64,000 nucleotides of DNA from Polaromonas sp. (GCF_030689685.1 NZ_JAUYEY010000040.1:367-64366); one strand, 5' to 3'. Counted from the first letter of the stretch, positions 34,394-45,082 are shown. Translations and numbers: made by a program. Notes: generated from the letters alone by a model not told the origin.

Positions 34394-35229
34394 AGTTTTT
34401 CCGTGTCGCCAAGGCGCGGCTGCCATTTCATGAGACGCTTCTCGACACGCCCGACAATCCCGTCAAGCGCCAGCGCAAAGGCCGTCAGCACCACGATGCC
34501 AGCAAACACCGTGTTCACGTCGAAGGTGCCCTCGGCCTGCAAGATCAGGTAGCCAACGCCGCGCGCCGACCCCAGGTACTCGCCAACCACCGCACCCACA
34601 AAGGCCAGGCCGACCGAGGTGTGCAGGCTGGAGAAAACCCAGCTGGTCGCACTGGGCAGGTAAACGGTGCGCAGCAGTTGTCGTTGGTTCGCGCCCAACA
34701 TCCTCGCATTGGCCAGCACCACCGGGCTGACCTCCTTCACGCCCTGGTAAACATTGAAAAACACGATGAAAAACACCAGCGTGACCGCCAGCGCCACCTT
34801 GCTCCAGATGCCCAGGCCGAACCACATCGCAAAAATCGGCGCCAGGATCACGCGCGGCATCGAGTTGAGCGCCTTGATGTAAGGGTCCAGGATGGCACTG
34901 GCCATGGGCGCCAGCGCCAGCCACAGACCAAAAGCCAGGCCCAGCACCGTACCAATGCCGAAGGCCAGCACCGTCTCCAGCAGCGTGGTGCCCAAGTGCA
35001 GGTAAATGTCGGCATTGCCCGGCAAACCGTCGGGAAACAACAAGCTGGGGCCGAAGCCGAAAGGCAGAAACCAGGACCAGACGCGGCCGGCCACCTTGAT
35101 CGGTTCACCCAGGAAAAACGCCAGTTGCTGGTCGCGCGAGGCCAGTTGCCATAGCCCGAAAAAAACCACCAGCAGGCCGACTTGCCAGTAGCGGAGATTC
35201 CTGTCGGAAGGTTTGAGGAAGTTCCACAT
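34390..35229 (-). CDS. ABC transporter permease (NitT/TauT family)
   Basis: NSMPRVILAP, EAA-like LANARMLGAN, GAVVGEY. Confidence 0.93.
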   Translation of the reverse strand: MWNFLKPSDRNLRYWQVGLLVVFFGLWQLASRDQQLAFFLGEPIKVAGRVWSWFLPFGFGPSLLFPDGLPGNADIYLHLGTTLLETVLAFGIGTVLGLAFGLWLALAPMASAILDPYIKALNSMPRVILAPIFAMWFGLGIWSKVALAVTLVFFIVFFNVYQGVKEVSPVVLANARMLGANQRQLLRTVYLPSATSWVFSSLHTSVGLAFVGAVVGEYLGSARGVGYLILQAEGTFDVNTVFAGIVVLTAFALALDGIVGRVEKRLMKWQPRLGDTEKL

Positions 35230-35234
35230 GGCGG

Positions 35235-36074
35235 TCACGCGGCCTTCTTGAGTTGCTGGGCATAACCCTTCAGGACTTCATCGCGCAGCACGTCCCATAT
35301 CTGGGTGTGCAGCTCGATGAAACGCGGTTGGGTGCGCACCTCGGCCACGTTGCGCGGACGAGGCAGGTCAATGTCGAACTCTCCCATCGGGCGGGTGGCC
35401 GGCCCGGCCGACAGCACCACCACCCGGTCGCTCATGGCAATCGCTTCATCGAGGTCATGCGTGATGAACAGAACCGCCTTCTTTTTGGCCGCCCAGAGGT
35501 CCAGCACCTCGTTTTCCATGAGCTGGCGGGTCTGGATGTCGAGCGCTGAAAACGGCTCGTCCATCAGGATGATGTCCGGGTCCAGCGCCAGCACCTGAGC
35601 CAGCGCCGTGCGTTTGCGCATACCGCCCGACAACTGGTGCGGATACCGGTCGCCAAAATCAGCAAGGCCAACGCGCTCCAGCCAGGCCTGCGCCTGGGCC
35701 CTGGCCTCAGCGTCAGGTACGCCGTGGTACTGCAGGCCGACCATGACGTTGTCGATGGCGCTGCGCCAGGGCATCAGTGCCTCGGTCTGGAACATATAGC
35801 CCGCGCGGGTGTTGATGCCGGCAAGCGTCTGGCCAAACACCTTGACTGAGCCGGAGGTCGGCGGCAGCAGGCCCGCGCCTATGTTGAGAAGTGTGGACTT
35901 GCCGCAACCCGTCGGGCCAACGACGGAGACAAACTCGCCGGCACGGATGCGCAGTGTGGTTTGACCGACAGCGGTGTAGGCCTGCCCGGCATCATCCCGT
36001 GACCGGAAGGTGCAGGTGACGTCAAGCAGTTCAAGCGCGTGGTCGCTGGCGTGGTCGTTGGCAGATTGCGACAT
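35235..36074 (-). CDS. ABC transporter ATP-binding protein (NitT/TauT family)
   Basis: GPTGCGKST, LSGGM, MDEPFSALD, ITHD. Confidence 0.95.
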   Translation of the reverse strand: MSQSANDHASDHALELLDVTCTFRSRDDAGQAYTAVGQTTLRIRAGEFVSVVGPTGCGKSTLLNIGAGLLPPTSGSVKVFGQTLAGINTRAGYMFQTEALMPWRSAIDNVMVGLQYHGVPDAEARAQAQAWLERVGLADFGDRYPHQLSGGMRKRTALAQVLALDPDIILMDEPFSALDIQTRQLMENEVLDLWAAKKKAVLFITHDLDEAIAMSDRVVVLSAGPATRPMGEFDIDLPRPRNVAEVRTQPRFIELHTQIWDVLRDEVLKGYAQQLKKAA

Positions 36075-36146
36075 GGGTTGGATTGTCGCCGCGAACCGGG
36101 CTGGTCAACCAGCGGCGAACGACAAGTGAAGTTGTTGTGGGATTTC

Positions 36147-36244
36147 ATACCAGCCGGGGCCGCGGAACCGGCTTTGCCGGGCCGCAGGCGCAGCGGCCCC
36201 CTCGGGGGGCAGAGAGCTACGCGAAGCGAGCGAACGTGGGAGCC
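36147..36244 (+). repeat. ~100-bp REP-like element, copy 3
   Basis: ACCAGCCGGGGCCGCGG...CGCAGGCGCAGCGGCCCCCTCGGGGGGCAG...AACGTGGGAGCC. Confidence 0.9.
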
Positions 36245-36248
36245 ATAT

Positions 36249-37298
36249 TCAGGCCTTGAATTTGTCTTTCGCGCGCCGAGCAAATTCATTGGTATAGGTC
36301 TTGCTGAGGTCGATTTTGTCGGCCTTGATGCTGGGGTCAAAACTGGCCAGGGCTTTGAGCGCCGTCTTCGCACCCTCATCGGGAATCAGGCCGTCCAGCG
36401 CAATCGCATCACGTACTTTGTTGAAGGACGCGAGGTAGAGGCCGCGGTCACCGAGCAGGTAGTTCTCGGGCACGGTCTTGATGATGTCGCCCGGACCCGC
36501 CGTCTGCAGCCACTTCAGCCCGTGCACGATGGCATTGGCAAGCGCCTGGCAGGTGTTGGGGTTCTTCTGGATGAAGTCCATAGGCGCATACAGGCAGGCT
36601 GCCGGCATGGGACCACCGAAGACATCGACCGTTCCCTTGAGGGTGCGCGTGTCAGAGATGATCTTCACCTCACCCTTTTGCTCCAGCATGGTCATGACCG
36701 GGTCGGTGTTGCTCATGGCGTCAATCTGGCCCGAGCGCAAAGCGGCCAATGCGCCAGCAGCAGTGCCCACACCAATAAAACTCACGTCACTGGCCTTCAA
36801 GCCGGCGCGCGACAGCACCAGGTTGGCCATCATGTTGGTGGATGAACCGGGCGCGGATACACCGATTTTTTTACCGCGGAGGTCCGCCACCGACTTGTAG
36901 TTGGGCATGTTTTTGGTGGACACGCCGAAAGCGATTTGCGGCGCCCTGCCCTGCAGCACAAAGGCCTGGAACATCTGGTTTTTCGATTGCAGATTGATGG
37001 TGTGCTCGTAGGCGCCCGAGACCACATCAGCCGAGCCCCCGACCACCGCCTGCAGCGCGCGCGCGCCGCCGGCAAAGTCGCTGATCTCGACCTCCAGGCC
37101 CTCGGCCTTGAAGTAACCGAGCTGCTCGGTGATGGTCAGCGGCAGGTAATAAAACGCGGCTTTTCCGCCGACAGCCAGGGCAATTTTGGTTTTCTCAAGC
37201 TTGCCCTGGGCATGCAGTGCAGGACATGCAAAAGCTGCCGCACCAAAAGCGGCGGCGCCGGCAAAAGTTCTGCGCGAGATGGGAAAAGAAGGGTTCAT
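36249..37298 (-). CDS. ABC transporter substrate-binding protein (NMT1/SsuA-like)
   Basis: Tat-like leader SRRTFAG, LGYFKAEGLEV, GVSAPGSST. Confidence 0.92.
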   Translation of the reverse strand: MNPSFPISRRTFAGAAAFGAAAFACPALHAQGKLEKTKIALAVGGKAAFYYLPLTITEQLGYFKAEGLEVEISDFAGGARALQAVVGGSADVVSGAYEHTINLQSKNQMFQAFVLQGRAPQIAFGVSTKNMPNYKSVADLRGKKIGVSAPGSSTNMMANLVLSRAGLKASDVSFIGVGTAAGALAALRSGQIDAMSNTDPVMTMLEQKGEVKIISDTRTLKGTVDVFGGPMPAACLYAPMDFIQKNPNTCQALANAIVHGLKWLQTAGPGDIIKTVPENYLLGDRGLYLASFNKVRDAIALDGLIPDEGAKTALKALASFDPSIKADKIDLSKTYTNEFARRAKDKFKA

Positions 37299-37410
37299 GC
37301 TGGCCTCTCTGTATTTTTATGAATTGGCAACAGCATAAGCAAGCCCGGAAAAACCGGCATCGGTATCATCCCGTGCGGGTTTGTACGGAAAGTTTTTGAG
37401 TTACCAGACG

Positions 37411-37824
37411 TTACCGGAAGCCAAGAAAAAGAATGCCGACGTTGACCAGCAAGGCGAAGAACCAGATAACACTGCGGCTTTTCGCCATGTCGGCGACGTA
37501 CATCATCACGTAAGCAATCCGCAAGACCACAAACACAAAGGCAAACACGTCCAGGCGTACCTGCGAAGCCTGCAACTGGTGCGCAATGATCACGGCGGCG
37601 AAGAAAAAGGGCAGTGCTTCAAAGGTGTTGGCCTGCGCAGCGTTGGCGCGGGCGCGCCAGTCGGTTTGCCGCGCCAGCCAGGCGCGCGGGTTGTTGTTGT
37701 CGTAACCGCCCTTGTTCGGCGGGGTTGTCATCTGGCCCCATTTGGCCAGTGCGGCACAGGCAATGGGCAGCAGGGCAACCGCCAACACACACCAGTAGGC
37801 GACAGTGAAACGTACATAAGTCAT
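37411..37824 (-). CDS. MAPEG family protein
   Basis: RANAAQANTFEALPFF, RIAY. Confidence 0.9.
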   Translation of the reverse strand: MTYVRFTVAYWCVLAVALLPIACAALAKWGQMTTPPNKGGYDNNNPRAWLARQTDWRARANAAQANTFEALPFFFAAVIIAHQLQASQVRLDVFAFVFVVLRIAYVMMYVADMAKSRSVIWFFALLVNVGILFLGFR

Positions 37825-37884
37825 GTTGAGGCCTTTCTGGCGTGGAGTCGGGATGGTTGGCGGGCTGAAAGCGCTGGGCGCAGG

Positions 37885-38511
37885 CTAGCGGCGGTCCACC
37901 AGCGCGTGGGCGATGGTGCCGAGATCCACGTATTCAAGCTCGCTGCCCACCGGCACGCCGCGCGCCAGCCGCGTGACCTGCACACTGCGGCTCTTGAGCG
38001 CCTGCGAAATCACATGGGCCGTGGCCTCGCCTTCGCCAGTGAAGTTGGTCGCGAGAATCACTTCCTGCACCTCGCGTGCATCCGCCGTGACCGGCTCGCC
38101 CTGCGCGTCCCGTGGCACCACCCGGTCAAACAGTTTTTGCAGGCCGATGTCGTGCGGGCCGATGCCGTCGAGCGGGCTGAGTTTGCCCATCAGCACAAAG
38201 TACAGGCCGCGGTAGGCCAGGGTACGCTCCAGCGCCGCCTGGTCGGCAGGGGTTTCGACCACGCAGAGCTTGCTGCGGTCGCGCTCGGGGTTGGCGCAGG
38301 TGCTGCAGATATCGAGTTCGGTCAGGGTGTTGCACAGGGTGCAGTGTTTGACGCTGTGCACCGCATGCTCAAGCGCGCGCGCGATCTGCAGGGCGCCCTG
38401 CGTGTCGTGCTGAAGCAGATGAAACGCCATGCGCGCCGCCGATTTGGCGCCCACACCGGGCAGGCGCCGCAGCGCCTGGGTCAAGCCCTCAAGGGCGTTG
38501 GAGTCAGCCAT
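37885..38511 (-). CDS. recR: recombination mediator RecR
   Basis: [14 protein letters not shown]4 zinc finger, [23 protein letters not shown]. Confidence 0.98.
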   Translation of the reverse strand: MADSNALEGLTQALRRLPGVGAKSAARMAFHLLQHDTQGALQIARALEHAVHSVKHCTLCNTLTELDICSTCANPERDRSKLCVVETPADQAALERTLAYRGLYFVLMGKLSPLDGIGPHDIGLQKLFDRVVPRDAQGEPVTADAREVQEVILATNFTGEGEATAHVISQALKSRSVQVTRLARGVPVGSELEYVDLGTIAHALVDRR

Positions 38512-38520
38512 CTATTGTGA

Positions 38521-38632
38521 GCCCCCACGTTCGCTCACTGCGAGCCTGCGGCAGCTCTCTGCCCCTTGCACTGAAAAAGGGGCGCTGCGCCTGCGGACTG
38601 GCAAAGCCAGTCCCGCGGCCCCGGCTGGTAAA
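38521..38632 (-). repeat. ~100-bp REP-like element, copy 4
   Basis: Minus strand TTTACCAGCCGGGGCCGCGG...CGCAGGCGCAGCGCCCC...AACGTGGGGGC between ybaB and recR. Confidence 0.88.
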
Positions 38633-38646
38633 TGCGGATACCAAAG

Positions 38647-38979
38647 TCAGAAGGGTAGTTTCATGCCGCCGGGCAGGCCGGGCATACCGGCCGTGAGTTT
38701 GCCCATTTTTTCCTGGCTCAAGTCTTCGGCCTTGCGCACCGCCGCGTTGAAGGCCGCAGCCACCAGGTCTTCCAGCATGTCCTTGTCCTCGCCCAGCAGG
38801 CTGGGGTCGATCTCGACACGTTTGACATCGTGTTTGCAGGTCATGGTGACCTTGACCATGCCGTTGCCCGACTCCGCCGTGACTTCAATGAAGGCGAGCT
38901 CATCCTGGGCTTTTTTCAGGTTGTCCTGCATGGCCTGCGCCTGTTTCATCAGGCCGGCGAGTTGTCCTTTGTTGAACAT
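38647..38979 (-). CDS. ybaB: YbaB/EbfC nucleoid-associated protein
   Basis: [37 protein letters not shown]. Confidence 0.97.
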   Translation of the reverse strand: MFNKGQLAGLMKQAQAMQDNLKKAQDELAFIEVTAESGNGMVKVTMTCKHDVKRVEIDPSLLGEDKDMLEDLVAAAFNAAVRKAEDLSQEKMGKLTAGMPGLPGGMKLPF

Positions 38980-39019
38980 GGATTTTTCCTTTAAAACGGA
39001 GAGTTTGACCTGCTGTTGA

Positions 39020-40918
39020 TCATATCGGCTTGCCAGCAGCGGGCGAGCGCGGCTTGACGCTGCCAGGCACAATTTTGGCGCCCCAGTCGCGAATCATGTC
39101 CTGCACGAAAGGGTCGTTCTGTATGGTTTCTTCGGCCTGGCGCTGGCGCTCCAATGCAGCGGCAGCATTGCGCCGCGCCGGCGAGTCGCTGACCGGGCCG
39201 AGTTCAACTACCAGTTGGAGCGCTTGCCCGGTGTCCTGAAACGCGGATAGCAGGGCCAATTGAAGCTTGTCACGCGCTGCAACCTGGTTCAAGGACTCGC
39301 TTTCCACGCGCAGGGTCCAGACACCATCGGCCTGCGAGCGCAGTTCGGACTGCAGCGCCAGTTCACGCGCCAGGGCCGCAACCATCTCGGCAGCCACCAT
39401 GCGGTTGACAAGCGTCGTCCATTCATCGCCCAGCGGGCTGTCCAGCGGCGGCATCACAGCGACAGGCGCAGCCGGTGTGGCGGAAGCTGCCGTGGCCTGC
39501 ACGGGCTCCGGTGCAGGCACTGGTCCGGCTGCGGGGGCCGGCGTAGCAAGCAATTCGTCTTCCCAGGGCGGCCTCTGTAGCGCTCCAGGTGCTACCAAAT
39601 CAGGAGCTGCGGGCGCCCGCTGGATATGGGCCGGAGGGCGATTTGATTCAAAATTCGAGCGTGTCGCCGGCGCTGCAGCCGGAGTTGGAACCGGCACTGG
39701 CACTGCGGCCGGACGGATGGCCGGGGTGGCCACAAGGGCGGCCGGAGCCCGCTCAGGCTGCGGCTTTTTTGGGGGCTCGACGGCGCTCCCCAAGGTGGTG
39801 GCCACGGCACCGGCAGGCTTGAAGGCCAGCAGGCGCAGCAGCACCATGGTCAGCGCCGCATAGTCATCGGGCGCCAGGCCCAGTTCGGCCCGGCCATGCA
39901 AGCACAGGCTGTAAAGCAGTTGCGTCTCATCGGCCGGCATGGCCTGGGCCAGCCGCGCGGTCGCAGCGATGTCGGGGTCGACTTCATCGTCGCCCTCGCC
40001 GATGCCGGGCACCGCCTGCAGCACCGCCATGCGCTGTAGCACGGTGGCCATTTCTTCCAGCGTGGAGGCGGCGCTCAGGCCATTCAGGCGCAACACCTCG
40101 GAGGTTTCGACCACGCTTTTGCCGTCGCCGCGCGCCAGCGCATCGAGTAGCTGGAACACGTAGCTGCGGTCCACGCTGCCCAGCATCAGGCGCACGCTGG
40201 CCTCCTGCAACTGGCCGGAACCAAAGGCTATCGCCTGGTCGGTCAGCGACAGCGCATCACGCATGGAGCCACGCGCCGCGCGCGCCAGCAGGCGCAGGGC
40301 CTGCGGCTCCGACGCGACGTTTTCGGTCTGCAGCACTTGGCCCAGGTGGTCGAGAATGGTTTCCGGCGCCATCGGCCGCAGGTTGAACTGCAGGCAGCGC
40401 GACAGCACGGTGGCCGGCACCTTCTGCGGATCGGTCGTGGCCAGCACGAACTTGAGGTACTCGGGCGGCTCCTCCAGCGTCTTGAGCATGGCGTTGAAGG
40501 CCGTGTTCGTCAGCATGTGGACCTCGTCGATCATGAAGACCTTGAAGCGCCCCACCACCGGCTTGTAGACCGCCTGCTCCAGCAACTGCGCAATCTCGTC
40601 AACGCCCCGGTTCGAGGCCGCGTCGAGCTCGGTGTAGTCGACAAACCGGCCGCTGTCGATGTCGGTGCAGGCCTGGCAGACGCCGCAGGGCGTGGCGGTG
40701 ATGCCGCCCTGCCCGTCCGGGCCCAGGCAGTTGAGTGATTTGGCCAGGATGCGGGAGATGGTGGTCTTGCCGACGCCGCGCGTGCCGGTGAACAGGTAGG
40801 CATGGTGCAGGCGCTGCGTCGTCAGCGCATTGCCCAGGGCCTGCACCACATGCGACTGCCCGACCATTTCAGAAAAATTCCGGGGGCGGTATTTGCGGGC
40901 AAGCACGAGGTAGGACAT
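39020..40918 (-). CDS. dnaX: DNA polymerase III subunit tau/gamma
   Basis: [30 protein letters not shown]; Pro/Ala linker; C-terminal tau domain. Confidence 0.98.
   Translation of the reverse strand: MSYLVLARKYRPRNFSEMVGQSHVVQALGNALTTQRLHHAYLFTGTRGVGKTTISRILAKSLNCLGPDGQGGITATPCGVCQACTDIDSGRFVDYTELDAASNRGVDEIAQLLEQAVYKPVVGRFKVFMIDEVHMLTNTAFNAMLKTLEEPPEYLKFVLATTDPQKVPATVLSRCLQFNLRPMAPETILDHLGQVLQTENVASEPQALRLLARAARGSMRDALSLTDQAIAFGSGQLQEASVRLMLGSVDRSYVFQLLDALARGDGKSVVETSEVLRLNGLSAASTLEEMATVLQRMAVLQAVPGIGEGDDEVDPDIAATARLAQAMPADETQLLYSLCLHGRAELGLAPDDYAALTMVLLRLLAFKPAGAVATTLGSAVEPPKKPQPERAPAALVATPAIRPAAVPVPVPTPAAAPATRSNFESNRPPAHIQRAPAAPDLVAPGALQRPPWEDELLATPAPAAGPVPAPEPVQATAASATPAAPVAVMPPLDSPLGDEWTTLVNRMVAAEMVAALARELALQSELRSQADGVWTLRVESESLNQVAARDKLQLALLSAFQDTGQALQLVVELGPVSDSPARRNAAAALERQRQAEETIQNDPFVQDMIRDWGAKIVPGSVKPRSPAAGKPI
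39591..39653 (+). repeat. GCTAY-N7-RTAGC element, copy I (inside dnaX linker)
   Basis: GCTACCAAATCAGGAGC-TGCGGGCGCCCGCTGGATATGGGCCGGAGGGCGATTTGATTCAAAA. Confidence 0.8.
39745..39791 (-). promoter_or_regulatory. candidate -1 ribosomal frameshift signal in dnaX
   Basis: In-frame A-AAA-AAG (39770-39764); -1-frame TGA at 39755-39753; 3' hairpin; upstream GGGGAG. Confidence 0.6.
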
Positions 40919-41001
40919 GGCGTCGATTCTAAAGCGCCGCCCGGAGGGTTTTTGCGGGTCTGGCCCTTTAAGTCCCCGCCCCTGCCCTTACAATAGAAAG
41001 C

Positions 41002-41098
41002 GACGGGCCTTCCCGCATGGTGAAGCGGCCAACCGGGTCAGATGGGGAACCAAGCAGCCCTAACTGCGGAGCCAGTGCCGGGGTCAAGGCTCGTCACC
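41002..41098 (+). ncRNA. ffs: signal recognition particle RNA (4.5S)
   Basis: GGTCAGA-TGG-GGAA-CCA-AGCAGCC helix-8 motif; 5'/3' end pairing; TACAAT -10 at 40989; T-run after; divergent from dnaX. Confidence 0.93.
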
Positions 41099-44000
41099 TT
41101 TTTTTGGCTGTGATCGGCTTGTCTCGGTCGCAGCCGCAAACCGCGCAAGCGCCTCCCGCAGGCAGGGCAGCTTGCGCTGCACACTGCCGAGATTGCCTTC
41201 GCTGGCGTTGTGGTGCAGCGAAACCAGCGCCATGTGCACCTCAGTGGCAGCAATCGCCGATGACGCCCCCAGCAGCGAATGCAGATGGCGCGCGACCGGA
41301 GAAGAATCGCCATCCTGCAAAGCGCGCTCCAGCTCGGCCATCACCATGGGCAGTCGTTCGACGAACGACTGCACCACCGCGTCCAGAAGCTCCTGATCAC
41401 CCCCCAGTCGCTCCAGCGCAGCCTCGCGCTCGAACACAGGCAAACCTGCCGGGGCGCGCTGCCTGGGTACAGGCGTATCGCCAGCTGCCGCTATATCAGC
41501 TCTGGCCACCCAGCGGGTCAGGGCATCCCGCAAGGTCGCCCGTGCCACCGGTTTGGCGATGTAGTCGTTCATGCCCGCCTGTAGGCATTTTTGTGCGTCG
41601 CCCTCACTGGCATTGGCGGTCATCGCAATGATGGGCGTCAACACACCATTTTTTCGCAAACTCCGCGTAGCCTCGTAACCATCCATCACCGGCATCTGGC
41701 AATCCATCAGGATGGCTAAAAAATCACCAGCGCCGCCTTGCTCCACCGCATCGCGCCCATTGCCCACCACCATCACGTCGTCATAGCCCAGTTTGTTGAG
41801 CAGGCCCACAGCCACAATCTGATTGGTCGGGTTGTCTTCGGCCAGCAAAATCCGGCCGGAACGTTTGTGGGCCTCGGGCTCAGGCGGGGCCGACTGGCTG
41901 CCAGTGACCGCGCCTGACGCCAGGCGCACGTTGTCAAGCACCAGTGTGAAGGTGGACCCCTTGCCGGGAACACTGTCCAGCTCAACCCGACCGCCCATCA
42001 GCGCACTGAGCTGCCTGACAATGGCCAGCCCCAAGCCGGTCCCGCCGTATTTGCGGGTGGTCGACGTGTCGGCCTGCACAAAGTTGTTGAATATCCGCGC
42101 CTGCACTTCTGACGCAATGCCTATGCCGGAGTCGGTGACTGAAAACCTCAAACCAATCCGGTCGCCGGTCCGCTCACCGGCTTCAACCAGCAGGCCCAGC
42201 TCGCCGACCTCGGTGAACTTCAGCGCATTGCCAAGCAGGTTGACAAGAATTTGCCGCAGGCGCGACGGGTCGCCCCAGATCCATTGCGGCAGCGCAGGGT
42301 CCACCACGCGCTGGAACATCAGGCTTTTGGCGCTGGCCCGGTAGGCAAACAGGTCTGCGACATCGGCCAGCAAGCGCGGCAGGTTGAAGGGGACATCTTC
42401 CAGCACGGTCTGACCGGCATCGATTTTTGCAAGGTCCAGAAAGTCGTTCACCAGCACCAGCAAGGACTGCGCACTGCCGTCGATCAACTGCGCAAACTGG
42501 GCTTGTTGTGGGCTCAAGGCTTCGTCCAGCAGCAACTGGGTGATGCCCAGAATACCGTTGAGCGGCGTGCGAATCTCATGGCTCATGGTCGCCAGAAAGC
42601 TGCTCTTGGCCTGGTTGGCAGCTTCGGCAGCCTCCTTGGCCTTTTGCAGTTCAACCTCGGCCGCCCGTCGCGCAGTGACGTCCCGGAAGCTCCACACGCG
42701 GCCCCTCAACCGGGCTCCAAGCAGATGCGGTTTTGAGGATCGCTCAAGGACGCGACCGTCCTTGAATTCGAGAAGGTCGAAGCTTTCGGCCTCGTTCGTG
42801 CGGTAAAGCTGATCCACCTTATTGCGGAAATTGTCCGCATCTTCTAGCTGGGTCAGCGCGAAGCCCATCAACTCCGAGTTGCTTGCACTCTCCATTTCTT
42901 TCGGGATGCGCCACATATCCAGAAACTGCTGGTTGAAGAGCAGGACTTCGCGCTCGTCGTTGACCACCAAAATACCGTCCGCGGTGGCTTCCAGCGTGGC
43001 GCTGGTGATGGCGGCGGCCTTTTGCTGCTCAATCTCTGCGCGTTTACGTGCGGTGATGTCCTGGTTGGTACCGCTGGCGCGCAAGGCCCGGCCATTGGTA
43101 TCGCGCCGCGTGACCCGCCCGACGCTCAGCACCCAGGCATTCATTCCGTCAGCTTTGCGGACACGGTGCTCCACCGAATAACTCTCCTGGGTGCCCTTGA
43201 GTACCGGCACAAAGGCATCCCGAATGGCGAGCTGATCCTCGCGTGGAACCAGCGCCACCAGTGCCTGCAAGGTGGTCACGGTGGTGCCGCCGCTGCCGCC
43301 CACCAGTTCGGCCCAGTTCTCCGACAGATAGACCTGACCGCTTTCAAGATCAAAGTCCCACAGCACAACGCCGGAGGCCACAAACGCGCGATGCTGTCTT
43401 TCCTCGCTCAGGCGCAGGGCTTCCTCGGCATCTTTCGCGGCGCTCACATCCACATAGGTAGTCACAAAGCCACCTCCCGGCATGGGCGCACCGCGAATGT
43501 CGAGGGTGGTGCCGTTGGGGCGGGTGCGCTGAAAATGGTGCGGCGCCGGATCGCGGGCGCGCTCCACAATCTCATCCACCAGAGCCTCCAGCGGGCCATC
43601 GCTGTACTCGCCACGCGCAGCGTTGTGGCGAATGATGCTTTCGAAAGTGACAACCGGCGTCTCAAACAAGCTGTCGGGAAGATCCAGCAATCGGCGAAAC
43701 TGAGCGTTGTGCGCAACCAGGTGCAGATCGCCGTCGAACACACTCATACCGCAGGGCAGGTTCTCCAGCACCGCCTGCAACAGCCTGTTGGCCTGGCGCA
43801 GTTCTTCCTCAACGGCTTTCTTTGCAGTGATGTCCTGCAGTGCTCCCACCAGACGAACGGGCTGCCCACCCTCGTATTCTGCAAGCCCGATGGAGCGGGT
43901 CCAGACCCGGCGCCCTTTCGCCGTGACCATGGGCAGTTCCAGGTCCCAGGGCTTGCCGGTGCGCATGGCTTCTTCGGCCGTTTTCTCGATGATGGCCTGT

Positions 44001-45082
44001 GACTCGGGGTCAAAATGCGCATGGTGTGTGGCAAAGTCGGGCTCAAAGTCGGCAGGCAGCTCGTAAATGCGCTTGCACTGGTCCGTCCATTTGATGGCGC
44101 GTTGGCGCAAGTCGACCTCCCAGCCGCCGACACCAGCGATCCGTTCGGCCCGGTCCAGAAAGCGGTTGCTGGCGCGCAATTCCTCTTCAACCAGTTTGTA
44201 GCTGGAGATATCTTCCACCGCCCCGACAAATCCGCGCTGCGGCGGATCGCCCCAGGTTACGGTACGTGCCTGAGCTCGCACGTGAGCCACTTCACCGTTG
44301 TGCCGAAGCAGGCGATATTCCATTCGCATGGCACCGCCGCGTGCTGCTGACTGCGTCAGTTCGCTGAAAACAGCTTCCCGGTCTGCCGGATGAATCGCAT
44401 CGCGCCAGGCGCCACCAAAACTCTGGCTCCGGGGAATGCCGTAAATTTCTCGCCATCGGGGGTTGGTATAAGTGCAGTTGCCTTGAGCGTCCGCGTGAAA
44501 GATGCCCAGAGGCGAGGTTTCAGCAATCAGTTTGAACCGGTCTTCATGACCCACCACCTCGAAATAATGAAAGCGCTCCCGCAGCAGCAGCGCCTGCGCC
44601 ACCGCGTCGGCCAGGTCGCTCAGCGCATGCAGCTGCCCCGCGGTGAGTTGGCGCGGCTGACGGTCGATCACACACAAGGTTCCCAGGCGCTCGCCGCCCG
44701 GCATGACAATCGGCGCCCCGGCATAAAAGCGTATGCCGGGCTCGCCCGTGACCAGCGGGTTGGTCTTGAAGCGGGCGTCCAGCAAGGCATCGCCAACTTC
44801 CAGCAGCTCGCCGCCCTCAATCGCGTGGGCACAGAAGGCAAAATCGCGCGCCGTCTCGGCTACGCCTTCCAGACCGACGTTGGCTTTGAACCACTGACGC
44901 CTGTCGTCCAGCAGACTGACCAACGAGATCGGCGTGCCACAAATCGTGCTGGCCGCGCGAGTCAACGCGTCAAAAATGGGTTCAGGCCCGCTGTCCATCA
45001 CCGCCAGCAAGCGCAGCCGCGCCAAGCGGCGGGTCTCGGCTTCAGGGTCTGAAGCAGGGCCCGATATGGAAGGGGTGCTCAT
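41084..45082 (-). CDS. cytoplasmic hybrid sensor kinase GAF-(PAS)x5-HisKA-HATPase-REC-HPt
   Basis: GAF (QWFKANVG..FAFCAHAI), several PAS/PAC, MSHEIRTPLNG, YGGTGLGL, LMDCQMP, HPt HLHSLLG; no TM helix; PAS count approximate. Confidence 0.93.
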   Translation of the reverse strand: MSTPSISGPASDPEAETRRLARLRLLAVMDSGPEPIFDALTRAASTICGTPISLVSLLDDRRQWFKANVGLEGVAETARDFAFCAHAIEGGELLEVGDALLDARFKTNPLVTGEPGIRFYAGAPIVMPGGERLGTLCVIDRQPRQLTAGQLHALSDLADAVAQALLLRERFHYFEVVGHEDRFKLIAETSPLGIFHADAQGNCTYTNPRWREIYGIPRSQSFGGAWRDAIHPADREAVFSELTQSAARGGAMRMEYRLLRHNGEVAHVRAQARTVTWGDPPQRGFVGAVEDISSYKLVEEELRASNRFLDRAERIAGVGGWEVDLRQRAIKWTDQCKRIYELPADFEPDFATHHAHFDPESQAIIEKTAEEAMRTGKPWDLELPMVTAKGRRVWTRSIGLAEYEGGQPVRLVGALQDITAKKAVEEELRQANRLLQAVLENLPCGMSVFDGDLHLVAHNAQFRRLLDLPDSLFETPVVTFESIIRHNAARGEYSDGPLEALVDEIVERARDPAPHHFQRTRPNGTTLDIRGAPMPGGGFVTTYVDVSAAKDAEEALRLSEERQHRAFVASGVVLWDFDLESGQVYLSENWAELVGGSGGTTVTTLQALVALVPREDQLAIRDAFVPVLKGTQESYSVEHRVRKADGMNAWVLSVGRVTRRDTNGRALRASGTNQDITARKRAEIEQQKAAAITSATLEATADGILVVNDEREVLLFNQQFLDMWRIPKEMESASNSELMGFALTQLEDADNFRNKVDQLYRTNEAESFDLLEFKDGRVLERSSKPHLLGARLRGRVWSFRDVTARRAAEVELQKAKEAAEAANQAKSSFLATMSHEIRTPLNGILGITQLLLDEALSPQQAQFAQLIDGSAQSLLVLVNDFLDLAKIDAGQTVLEDVPFNLPRLLADVADLFAYRASAKSLMFQRVVDPALPQWIWGDPSRLRQILVNLLGNALKFTEVGELGLLVEAGERTGDRIGLRFSVTDSGIGIASEVQARIFNNFVQADTSTTRKYGGTGLGLAIVRQLSALMGGRVELDSVPGKGSTFTLVLDNVRLASGAVTGSQSAPPEPEAHKRSGRILLAEDNPTNQIVAVGLLNKLGYDDVMVVGNGRDAVEQGGAGDFLAILMDCQMPVMDGYEATRSLRKNGVLTPIIAMTANASEGDAQKCLQAGMNDYIAKPVARATLRDALTRWVARADIAAAGDTPVPRQRAPAGLPVFEREAALERLGGDQELLDAVVQSFVERLPMVMAELERALQDGDSSPVARHLHSLLGASSAIAATEVHMALVSLHHNASEGNLGSVQRKLPCLREALARFAAATETSRSQPKKGDEP

